This document shows positions 50,275 to 61,074 of a stretch of 64,000 nucleotides of DNA, piece after piece. The position numbers were made by a program, and so were the translations under genes. Source of the stretch: Stegostoma tigrinum (lineage: Eukaryota). Within the stretch, counting starts at the first letter, position 1; each line of letters starts with the position of its first letter. The stretch covers positions 33,924,620 through 33,988,619 of the forward strand of contig NC_081382.1 of the NCBI RefSeq assembly GCF_030684315.1. Reading direction: 5' to 3'. Under the pieces are notes generated by a model, which ran no database searches, was not told the origin of the DNA, and worked only from the letters and a program-made list of their open reading frames with translations.

Positions 50275-51312
50275 TAGCGAGTTTTGAGACGATTTGTAGC
50301 TCAGGTTGAGGTTTTGGATGTGAGTTTGCTCGCTGAGCTGGAAGGTTAGTTTTCAGAAGTTTCGTCACCATTCTAGGTAACATCATCAGTGAGCCTCCGA
50401 AGCGCTGGTGTTATGTCCCACTTTCTATTTATCTGGTTAGGTTTCCTTGGGTTGGTGATGTCATTTCCTGTGTTGGTGATGTCATTTCCTGTTCTTTTTC
50501 TCAGGGGATGGTAGATTGGTTCCACATCAGTGTGTTTGTTGATGGAATTCCGGCTGGAATGCCATGCTTCTAGGAATTCTCGTGCGTGTCTCTGTTTGGC
50601 TTGTCCTAGGATGGATGTGTTGTCCCAATCAAAGTGGTGTCCTTCTTCATCTGTATGTAAGGATACGAGTGATAGTGGGTCATGTCGTTTTGTGGCTAGT
50701 TGATGTTCATGTATCCTGGTGGCTAGCTTTCTGCCAGTTTGTCCAATGTAGTGTTTGTCACAGTTCTTGCAAGGTATTTTGTAGATGATGAACTTAATGA
50801 ACTAATGAACTTAAAAGACCCTATACAGACAACAAACAAAACGAACGTCATCTACAAAATACCTTGCAAGAACTGTGACAAACACTACATTGGACAAACT
50901 GGCAGAAAGCTAGCCACCAGGATACATGAACATCAACTAGCCACAAAACGACATGACCCACTATCACTCGTATCCTTACATGCAGATGAGGAAGGACACC
51001 ACTTTGATTGGGACAACACATCCATCCTAGGACAAGCCAAACAGAGACACGCACGAGAATTCCTAGAAGCATGGCATTCCAGCCGGAACTCCATCAACAA
51101 ACACATTGATTTGGAGCCCATCTACCATCCCCTGAGAAAAAGAACAGGAAATGACACCACCAACGCAGGAAATGACATCACCAACCCAAGGAAACCTAAC
51201 CAGATAAATAGAAAGCAGGACATAACACCAGCGCTTCGTCGGAGGCTCACTGATGATGTTACCTAGAATGGTGACGAAACGTCTGAAAACTAACCTTCCA
51301 GCTCAGCGAGCA
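50275..51312. mobile_element. Fold-back PLE family C (GIY-YIG on both strands) with 15-bp TSD
   Basis: TSD aactgacaaattgac at 50260-50274 and 51313-51327; + arm ORF TNVIYKIPCKNCDKHYIGQTGRKLATRIHEH; - arm 50275-50790 is its reverse complement. Confidence 0.95.
51250..51283 (+). ncRNA. Minimal hammerhead core (PLE family C)
   Basis: tca-CTGATGA-t-gttacc-tagaat-ggtgac-GAAA-cg-TC-tga: 6-bp stem II, 3-bp stem I. The antisense-arm copy (50356-50389) has GAAACTTC. Confidence 0.8.
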
Positions 51313-51483
51313 AACTGACAAATTGACCTTTATATGCAACAAGAATAACTAAAGTATGTTTTATTTTTAATCACGCTATATAAATTAGAATTTTAAACTA
51401 TTCTATAAGACTTTATTGACTAAAAAGATATTTTTGCAAACTAATGGGTCATTTCTTGTACCACCTGACTGAACTAATGTTAA

Positions 51484-51685
51484 TAAAAGCAAAATACTTT
51501 GGATGCTGGAGATTTGAAATACAAACAGATAATGCTGGAGAAACTTAACAGGTTTAGCAAATTCTGTGGAGAGAGAAACAGCTTTGAAATTTTGAGTCCA
51601 ATTAGACTTAAAACTTTAACTGAGTTTCTGTCTGCACAGATGCTGCTAGACTTGTTAAGTTTCTCCAGCACTTCCTATTTTTATT
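51484..51685. mobile_element. Old short fold-back PLE family B element
   Basis: gctggagaaacttaacagg / cttgttaagtttctccagc arms; TSD aactaatgttaa (51472-51483) / aactgatattaa (51686-51697). Confidence 0.75.
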
Positions 51686-51792
51686 AACTGATATTAAACC
51701 TTCTACATATTAGATTCAGTAAAAAAAGTGTTACATCAGTCCTCACACACAGTTCTCTTTTATTCTTTCTCACTTCTTCCACCCCTTCCCAG

Positions 51793-51942
51793 GGTCACCC
51801 ACCATTAGTGAACATCCTAGCAAAGTTCTTTGGGAAATTATTGGAACAAGACATTGAACCATTCACTGAAGTTCTAGTGACAGTTGGGGCATATGAAGCC
51901 CTATTCTGTTTCTTCCAGGCACTGATTGATGATGAAGATGAA
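51793..51942 (+). CDS. KYAT1: KYAT1 coding exon 3
   Basis: Long pyrimidine tract, cccag|GGT...GAA|gtacgt; 150 nt: GHPPLVNILAKFFGKLLEQDIEPFTEVLVTVGAYEALFCFFQALIDDEDE. ILAKFFGKLL is closer to KYAT1 than KYAT3. Confidence 0.92.
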
Positions 51943-52475
51943 GTACGTGGTATTTGGTAATGTCCCAGAAATGTTAGATTCATTGTATTGAAGCAGAGAA
52001 CTGATAATGATAGTATTAGCTTTTATAGAGATTTTGATTGCTGTTGAATCATCTTTAAGCTGACAGTCAGAGCATTTAAATTAAAGGTTTCTAACTTTTG
52101 GATTGTTAATTCATAAAATTTATCTTTATTGGTATCCTTTAAATAATTAACTACCTGAAAAAGTAGAGCTGAATGACTCCACAGATAAAGGAAACGTTCC
52201 CATTTAGCACCACTGCTAATGTGCAAAATTGAATATGCATCAACCTCTGTTGAAAATCATCTCTGACTGCTACTTCAGTGGCTACATTGGAAGTGTACCT
52301 CTGTCATATGAACAAAATATAGTTATGATCTGTGTTAAATGAGCTCACTTTAATTGTGGTTATGAGTAGTCTGCTACCATTACCATTAGTGTCTGGTTGG
52401 TAGATGAGGGACGGAGTGGGAAATCAGTCAGAAATTCCAACCATGATTGAAACCATTTTCTCTACTCCAATACAG

Positions 52476-52562
52476 GTCATTATCATTGAACCGTTCTTTG
52501 ATTGTTATGAGTCAATGGTGCGAATGGCAGGTGGCCATCCTGTATATATCCCACTGCATCCA
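52476..52562 (+). CDS. KYAT1: KYAT1 coding exon 4
   Basis: tacag|GTC...CCA|gtaagt; 87 nt: VIIIEPFFDCYESMVRMAGGHPVYIPLHP. VIIIEPFFDCYE is KYAT1-type. Confidence 0.93.
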
Positions 52563-52724
52563 GTAAGTCTCCACAGCCAAATTAAACTATTGGTAACTTA
52601 TACGTTTTTTAATTTACTGAATAGAATGATAATACAATTCAGGTTTCACGGAGTATTCATTTGTGTTTTAATTCCTAGCTTCGCATTAAAAGTGTGCCCA
52701 GATGTATCTGGGTGTTGTAGTGTA

Positions 52725-53350
52725 TGAATTGCAAAAGACATACATGCAGGTACAGCAAGTAGTTAGGAAAGGAGAATATTATTTTTTGTGAGGGGAACTG
52801 AATACAAAAGTTAAGCGATTATGGTTCAGTTGTACAGGGCCTGGTGAGATCTAATCTGGCATATTGTGCACAGCATTGTTCTTATTCAAAAAAGCATGTA
52901 AGTGCACTGCAGTTCAAATAAGGCTTTCTCAAATGGAGTGTGAAGGTTAGACAGCCTAGGCTTGTATCTTCTCAGGTTTAGATGAGTAAGGAGTGACTTG
53001 GTTGAAACATTTAAAATCTGGAGGGACAATGGAGGATATTGACTCTTGCAGGGGAACCAAGAACTTGGGTGTCATAATTTAAAAATCAGGGATTGCACAT
53101 TTAAAATAGAGAAGAGTCAAAAGAAAAAGTCTTTGAGAATCTTGAGTCTTTGGAGCTGTCTTCCTGAAAAGGTGGTGGAAGCTGAGTCCTTGAATATTTT
53201 TAAGGTAAAATTCGATGGATTCATATTAAGCAAGGGGGTGAAAGGATATTAGGGGTAAGTAAGAATATGGTTTGAAGTTCCAGTCAGTTCAGCCATAAGC
53301 TTCTTGAACTGTGGAGTAGGTTTAAGGGGCTGAATTTGCCAGTTCCTGTC
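52725..53350 (+). mobile_element. CR1 3' fragment
   Basis: LWSCLPEKVVEAESLNIFKVKFDGF CR1 C-terminus. Confidence 0.8.
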
Positions 53351-53592
53351 CCTTATTTAGTAACTGAAAGTCTATTTAGGACTTTTATCTTTAGATGCAC
53401 TAGCTTATTTTGCTTAACTTCACAGAACCTTTTTTTCAAGCAGCAAAGCTAAACATCAAAAGAGGGGTAGGAGTTAAGTATTAGATTCCTTGGATGAAAG
53501 GGCCAGCTCAGGAATGGATTCCTGTTGACTGTCTTATACATAAATACTCCGCACAGATTACAAAGTTAAAAGGTTACCTAACGTTCTTTCAG

Positions 53593-53718
53593 AAACCTGT
53601 ATCTGGAAGATTGATGACCAGTGCTGACTGGGTATTGGATCCTGCTGAACTAGCAAATAAGTTTAACAAGCGTACTAAAGCAATCGTCGTTAATACTCCA
53701 AATAACCCTCTTGGCAAG
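53593..53718 (+). CDS. KYAT1: KYAT1 coding exon 5; gene continues past the window end
   Basis: tttcag|AAA...AAG|gtaaga; 126 nt: KPVSGRLMTSADWVLDPAELANKFNKRTKAIVVNTPNNPLGK, with the NTPNNPLGK PLP-binding-domain motif. The expected next exon (VF...DEVY) was not found in 53719-64000. Confidence 0.93.
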
Positions 53719-54128
53719 GTAAGAATGAAGAGTGTTTGTGCAGTTATAGGCTGTGTTATGACTACTGCCAATAATTAAGGTTTAGTGTTGTTGATTCAAG
53801 TCCATATCTTGGAGTACACCTGCTACATGTAACTTTTCACTTTCAGGATACCTAGGAACAAAATATCACGTGCGTTTTTCTCTTCATTTGATCAATGTCC
53901 GAAGTAGATACATTTGAAGAGTAGCTCACAGAAGTGTTGAATCGGAAAGCTTGATTCATTTGTTGGTAATGTTTGTTCAATGACATAGTCTTTAAACATA
54001 AAAACATGTGGAATTGCACATAGACAATACTTAGTGCTGATTTTGATTGAGCAAGATTAAAGGTTGATGGATAACTTGACCAAGGAAGGCAGGAGAGGAA
54101 AATAGAGCAGGGAGGTGGAGAGATTAAA

Positions 54129-54285
54129 TAAAAACTGAAAGATCTGCGGATGCTGTAAATCAGGAACAAAAACAAAGTTGCTGGAAAAGCTCAGCAGGTC
54201 TGGTAGCATCTGTGAAAGAAAAAAAACAGAGTTAACAGTTTAGGCCTGGTGACCCTTCCCCAGAACTGAATGCAGGAACTGTGTA
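54129..54285 (-). mobile_element. PLE family B 3' end with degenerate hammerhead
   Basis: Flanked by ggagagattaa on both sides; matches 32620-32720 in reverse. Confidence 0.7.
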
Positions 54286-54375
54286 GGAGGAGAGATTAAG
54301 TTGTTCCCTAAGAAACATGGCAAATTTTACCTGATGCTGTTGAGAAGGATCCGGTTGCAAAAATGCAATTGCGAT

Positions 54376-55171
54376 TAAAGTTTTGGCGAAGATCTGTAGC
54401 TCGGGTTGTTGGTGAGGTTGTTGACTTGCTCGCTGAGCTGGCTTGTTTTTGTTCGGATGTCTCATCACCATGCTAGGCAAAATCATCAGTGGAACCTCCA
54501 ATGACGCTATGTTATTCTACTCCACTTGGAATTTATACTGTCTGATCCGTCATGGTGAGTAGTGTCATTTCCAGTTTTGATCTGTATGCGTTTGTATATG
54601 GGGTCCAATTCTATATGTTTGTTGATTGCTTTACAGGTGGAGAACTATGCTTCTAGAAATTCTCAAGTGTGTCTATGTTTGGCTTGTGCTACAATGGTTA
54701 CTTTGTCCCAGTTAAACTGATGGCCTTCACTCTCTGTGTGTACCGATAATAAGGAGAGTTTGTTGTGCTGTTTTGCTGCCAGCTGATGTTCATGTATTCT
54801 GATGGCTAGTTTCCTTCCTGTACACAGTAGGAGGACACAGTACCCCTGAAAACACTGGCCACACTGCCCTACATCAAGAACATACCAGAAGTGACAAGAT
54901 TCTTAAGACCACTAGGAATCATTGTAGCACACAAGCCCACAGCCACTCTACGACAAGCACTCACAAGGATTAAAGACCCCATTCCCACCAACATACAGAA
55001 CGAGCGTGGTTTACAAAATACCATACAAAGACTGCCACAAACATTACGTCGGACAGACAGAAAGGAAGAATAACATTGCTTCATCGGAGGCTCCACTGAT
55101 GATGTAGCCTAGCGTGATGACAAAACTTCTGAACAAAAACAAGCCTGCTCGGTGAGCAAGTCAACAACCTC
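54376..55171. mobile_element. Fold-back PLE family C-related element with 13-bp TSD
   Basis: TSD atgcaattgcgat (54363-54375) / atgcaattgtgat (55172-55184); + arm LPYIKNIPEVTRFLRPLGIIVAHKP; inversion junction at ~54821; degenerate hammerheads in both arms. Confidence 0.88.
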
Positions 55172-55394
55172 ATGCAATTGTGATATTTCTAGAAACAGAT
55201 ATTGTTATTATTCTGCTGGATGGGGGCTTCAGAAAGCAATTAACACATCTTCCCCATTGCCTGCTTGGGAAGTGCTTTCTCCTGAAGTGGTACCATATAG
55301 ATAACTGAATAAGACTTTCTTGGTCTGCCAACTCCGTTGAGTGGGTATATAGCTTACATGCGTAGAAACAAACATCCTCTGCTGTGTGTCAACT

Positions 55395-55500
55395 TGGCTG
55401 TTCTGAAGAAGGGTTACTGGGTCTGAACCATTAACTCTGCTTTCTCTTCGCAGATGCTGGCAGAACTGTGTTTATCCAGCAATTTCTGTTTTTATTTCTC
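55395..55500 (+). mobile_element. PLE family B 3' end starting at the hammerhead
   Basis: gttCTGAAGAagggttactgggtctgaaccattaactc...cagatgctggcag. Confidence 0.65.
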
Positions 55501-55939
55501 AATTTAGCTCCCTCTTATTCACCTTGTTTCTCTTCAAAGCATTAAAATAGAGAGATTCCCAGTGAGAAGTCCACAGTCACAGATTAAAATTGTCATTTTT
55601 GCCAAATTGACTAAATATGGCATAAAACATGTTTGCAAAACCTCCAGAGTGTAAACAGGCTGAAATCAATTTCTAGATAAAGAACAATTAACCTCTACTG
55701 TCAGGAAATAAAATGTCCTGTTCAAACAGTATTTATATCAGGAGCACTACCAATAATATAGTGCCACTTTTACTTGGGGTCAGGCTTGACTGGATTTTGG
55801 GGGGCAAAGTAGCCAGAGGGTTAACCAAGCTTAGCTAATTCTATCTTCAGTAGGCAGGATACATTGTTATTGGACTTTCAAGCAGAATTATAGATTTGGG
55901 GAACAACATTCTGGAGAAGATTTGCGGTGGCAGGCTTAC

Positions 55940-58900
55940 TGTGGTAATTACAGTGAGGTCAGCTAGATCTCATAGAATATCAGGTCCTTGATTGGGGCTG
56001 TTAACCTGGTTCCAATCACAAAGCCCTGGTTGACCGATACAAACAGGAGTGTCAGAGGTTTTGTTGACTCAGAGCTGGCTTTGAGGAAGCTGGATTAGTG
56101 TATGCATATGTAAATAAGGGGTGACGAGGTGACTTGATAGGGGTCTCTGTGGAGTTCATTCAGTGAAGAAAAAAATGCACTCCTGAAGGATTTTGCTCAC
56201 GGAAGTCATCTTTGAGTTTGGGGTAAGCATTTCTGGCATCATGCTGTTATTTGGGAAGCCGTTGTAGTTACTGAGGCTATGAGGACTCGACAGCAAAAAA
56301 GGCCAACTAGGCCTGAACTCAGTAAGATAACGCATAAGCTGGTATCCAGGTGAGTGCACACCCTGGAAAGGTCACCTACATCTGGCTTTGAACCTTTTAA
56401 ATTGCTTACCAACATCCTGCAGAAAAAAAATCAAAATAAACATCTGGTTATATGATCACCCTGTTCATAAGGAGAGTTTGTTGTGCCGTTTTGCTGCCAG
56501 CTGGTGTTCATGTATTCTGGTGGCTAGTTTCATTCCTGTACACAGTAGGAGGACACACTACCCTCTAAAACACTGCATGGCTGCACCAGTGGTTGCAGAA
56601 CCACTCTTTCACAAAATTTACGCTGGACTCCAAGCCTTATGTTTATGTAATAAACCAGCTAAACAGGGAACTTTTACAGATTAAGGGTACAACTTCGGTT
56701 CTGGTCTCATATGAGAAGCAGCTAGTTCAGTTACCACTGATTGCAGTGAAAGGTTCGAGCCCAAGCCTGAAAGGGAGAAACTGGTTGAGAAACATTCACC
56801 TTGATTGGCTTAACATTTTTCAATTATAAAATGGCTACCTGAATGAAGTCTTAATTAAATACCCAGAGGTTTTTCAGGAAGGTCTAAGGACTATCAAAGG
56901 AACCAAGGCCATCTTGCATGTTGACCTGGAAGCAATTCCATGACTCTGCAAGGTCCACCCAGTGCCAATTACATTATGGGCAACAGTAGATTCAGAAATT
57001 AGGAGGCTGGAAAGCAAAGGAATCATCAAACCAATACAGTTTTCAGAATGAGCTGCATCGATCATACCAATTGTGAAGCCCAGTGGCTTGGTTCACCTTT
57101 GTGGGGATTTTAAACACACAGTAACCAGCTTCTTGCAGCTGGATAAATACCCAATCTCTTGTGTAGAGGGCTTACACGTAAAGCTGGTGGGAGTCTGTCC
57201 TTCACGAAGCTAGCCATGAGCCCTATGTGCCTGCGGTTAGCTGAGGATTCATAGAAGTTGGCTGTAATTAATATCCATAAGAATTTGTCGCAGTAGACGA
57301 CACTGCCATTTGGGGTATTGTTAGCCAGAGGAATTTCTCAGTGGACAATGGAGAACATTTTACAAGGTCTGCCCCAGATTGCAACTTATCTGGATGATGT
57401 ACTAATAACAGGGAAGGCTAATAAAGAGCAGTTCAAGAACATGGGCAAAGTCCTTAAACGTTCCAGGTGGATGTACGTCTTAGAGAGAAAAATGTGTTTT
57501 CCGAGCACCCCAAATAACCTACTTGGGCTGCAGAGTTGACAAGGCTGGGTTACCCTTATTGGAAGATAAAGTGATGGTGATGAAAGGTGCCCCAGCTCCC
57601 ATGTCTGTACTGGACTTAGGTCTTTCCTTGGATTGATGAATTACTACAGAAAGTTCATATGTAACCTAGCTTCCAATCTGGCACCCATATATCTGCTATT
57701 GAAAAAGAGTCAACCTTCGAAAAGAGTCACACAGCCAAGATACGGCCTATCGGGAAGTGAAGAAGCACTTGTCATCACCTAAGGTGTTGGTATTCAAGTG
57801 AGATCTGGTGCTGACATATTATGCCTCCCCTGTATGATATTGGGGTATTCTCGGTTCATGGACGGCCCAATGGAGAGCATCCGCAATAAGGTATGCTTCT
57901 CAGATTCTGGCTGATGCAGAACACAGATGTGCTCACAGAACGAAGGTTTGGCAGTCATCTTTGGCATGAGAAAGTTTCACCAATACCCCTTTATGGAAGT
58001 AAATTTCTAATAATAATAGACCATGAAGCCCCGCTAGGGCAACTCAAAGAGGACAAGGCTGTGCCACCCATAGCTTCAGGTCAGATTCTCATTCTGTGGC
58101 TTCTCATTCTGAGTGCTTATAAATACAAGTTGGAACAACATCCAGGATGCCAAGTAGGAAATGTGGATGCCTTGAACTGCGTCCCACCAGCAGATACACC
58201 ACCAGAAAGTTATTTAAACTTTCTGGACACTCTCTTTTGGTTACTGCTGACAATATCAGACTCTGGATGCAAAAAGAGCTGATCTGACAAACTAAAACAG
58301 CTGGTGCTGATGGTGGAGAGAGGGGGATCAAAAGGGCCATTACAACCAGAATGAAACCGTTCTGGACCTGGCGAGACCAGATCACTGTGGAGGATGACAT
58401 TTTATTGTGGGGACCAAGAACCAAGCAAAGATCAATACCAGATATTGGCTGAACTCCACCGTGGTCATCCAAGAGTGTCAAAACTGAAGATGTCGGAAAG
58501 AAGTCATGTCTGCTGGCCAGTATTGGATGTAGACATAGTTGTGTTGATGGGCCAGTGCCGGGAGTACCAACAAGGACAAAGATTACTGCCAGCAGCTTCC
58601 CCGCATTCATGGGAATTGCTGGATAAACTTTGGACTTGCTTACACATTGACTGTGCCAACCTTTTCACGGGCACAATGTTCTTATTCATCTTGGACCCTC
58701 ATTCAGAGTGGTTGGATGTGCATAGAGCTAATTTGTCAAACACAGGGAAAATGATAGATTAGCTGTGATCATTTTTTGCCATACACCAGCTTCCGGAAGT
58801 GTTGGTCACAGATAATGGGCTGTCATTTACAGGAATTTGAGTATTTCCTCAAGTCAAATGGCAGTCAGCATAGAAGGACAGGTCCATACTATCCATTGTC

Positions 58901-59659
58901 CAATGGTTTGTCTCCAAACTTTGAAGGCAGGCTTAAAGAAACAGCCTACACTATCACTCAATACCAAACTGTATCTGGGGAAGGGGAGGAAAGGGAGTGG
59001 GAGTGACTGAAACGGCATCAGGAACATCAGTGCTGGACATAGGACTCAAAGCAAAAGAGACAGTTTTCTTTAGGGGATGAAATTTGGCATCAAACCCAGA
59101 GAAATGGCCCTGCATGGGTAAGCAAAACATACCCTGCTCTTCAGAACAGTCAGAAAGGCTGTAGGAGCCCATGGGTTTTCTCCTTCCATCTAGCATCAAA
59201 GAAACCTCAGAGTCTGAGATGATCATGGCAGATATTGCAGCCGCGAGACCTTTACCGTCTGAAAAAGAGGATAAGTCTCTTCCGAAACACTCCAGGACCA
59301 AGAGGCGGGTGACAGTCAGGTATATGCAGCCTGAATCTGAAGCTGAGTTAGAGGACCTGGACCCAGTACAAAAATGCCCCAAGAGAGGCTATAAGATAAA
59401 GAACAAGCCTATGTCCCAGGACTTAAACGAGGAGGGATGTAGTGATTATTACGAGGTCAGCCAAATGCACCTCATTGAATACGAGTTCCCTGATTGGGGC
59501 TGTTAACCAGGGAGCTCTGGCTGACAGGCATTAACAGTCATGTCAGACACCTGTTCACTCTTGAGAGCTGGCTCTGAGGAAGTCAAACAAATGTCAAGTA
59601 TTATGCACAAGTAAAGGGTGACTTGGTGACAGGATAGGGGTCACTGTGGAATTATTTCA
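55940..59659 (+). mobile_element. Decayed Ty3/Gypsy LTR retrotransposon (LTRs 55940-56162 and 59438-59659)
   Basis: TG...CA LTRs, 5-bp TSD CTTAC (55935-55939, 59660-59664), PPT gaggaggga; PR (GRNWL), RT (LCGDFK, YLDDVLITG), RNase H, IN (LHRGHP...WP, LHID) in Gypsy order; gag largely deleted; many stops. Confidence 0.93.
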
Positions 59660-59747
59660 CTTACCACCCCATTTTATTATGTTTAGTATTTTTAAGTTAA
59701 GTAAATAGCTGGTTTTTTGAAGGAAAACCCAAATCATATAAACTCAG

Positions 59748-60529
59748 ATAATAAAATGTGAGGCTGGATGAACACAGCAGGCCAAGCAGCATCTCAGGAG
59801 CACAAAAGCTGACGTTTCGGGCCTAGACCCTTCATCAGAGAGGGGGATGGGGAGAGGGAACTGGAATAAATAGGGAGAGAGGAGGAGGCGGACCGAAGAT
59901 GGAGAGTAGAGAAGATAGGTGGAGAGAGTGTAGGTGGGGAGGTAGGGAGGGGATAGGTCAGTCCAGGGAAGACGGACAGGTCAAGGAGGTGGGATGAGGT
60001 TAGTAGGTAGCTGGGGGTGCGGCTTGGGGTGGGAGGAAGGGATGGGTGAGAGGAAGAACCGGTTAGGGAGGCAGAGACAGGTTGGACTGGTTTTGGGATG
60101 CAGTGGGTGGGGGGGAAGAGCTGGGCTGGTTGTGTGGTGCAGTGGGGGGAGGGGACGAACTGGGCTGGTTTAGGGATGCAGTAGGGGAAGGGGAGATTTT
60201 GAAACTGGTGAAGTCCACATTGATACCATATGGCTGCAGGGTTCCCAGGTGGAATATGAGTTGCTGTTCCTGCAACCTTAGGGTGGCATCATTGTGGCAG
60301 TGCAGGAGGCCCATGATGGACATGTCATCAAGAGAATGGGAGGGGGAGTGGAAATGTTTTGCGACTGGGAGGTGCAGTTGTTTGTTGCGAACTGAGCGGA
60401 GGTGTTCTGCAAAGCGGTCCCCAAGCCTCCGCTTTTCTGCAAAGCGGTCCCCAAGCCTCCGCTTCTGTGTTCATCCAGCCTCACATTTTATTATCTTGGA
60501 ATTCTCCAGCATCTGCAGTTCCCATTATC
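59748..60529 (-). mobile_element. PLE family A, - strand 3' part with an inverted 65-bp terminal piece, 14-bp TSD
   Basis: TSD tcatataaactcag at 59734-59747 and 60530-60543; hammerhead core at 59811-59838 (-); 30-bp tandem duplication at 60405-60464. Confidence 0.92.
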
Positions 60530-61074
60530 TCATATAAACTCAGTATTAGTGTCTTGTTGGCAGCTGGGTTTTAGTGCAGCAGTTAGTAACAAAACCTTTA
60601 TCATAGCACCACCTACAGGTATTATAAGAACATTTGAATGAATTTTTTTTCACATCCTTCCTCTGATTTTGATTTTTCCTGAAGCAAATGAGCAATGAAA
60701 TACTGCATTTTCTGCAAAACATTGCTGATGTGTTGATACTTGATAGAAAATTGTAAGTTCTGCAGTGTGCATCACATTAGTTACCCAGAATAGAATATGA
60801 AACTCAGGACAACTCAGTGCCTGATTCAAAAATAGAAAGGCATCACAACAACTTCTGACACAGTTGCCTATCTTTATCACCTGAATGTAAAAAGGCAGTT
60901 GCTGCTATACAACGACAGAAATTGTAAGAAAGAGAGAAAGGTGAAGAAATTAATGCTATCCAGTTATCTGTCTGGAGAGAACTAGGTTTATTGCTTTGCT
61001 CATTATACGGAGATGATATGGCCTTAGGCACATGGTGATACAAGTTTAGCAACACTATAAATAACAGCAGACCT

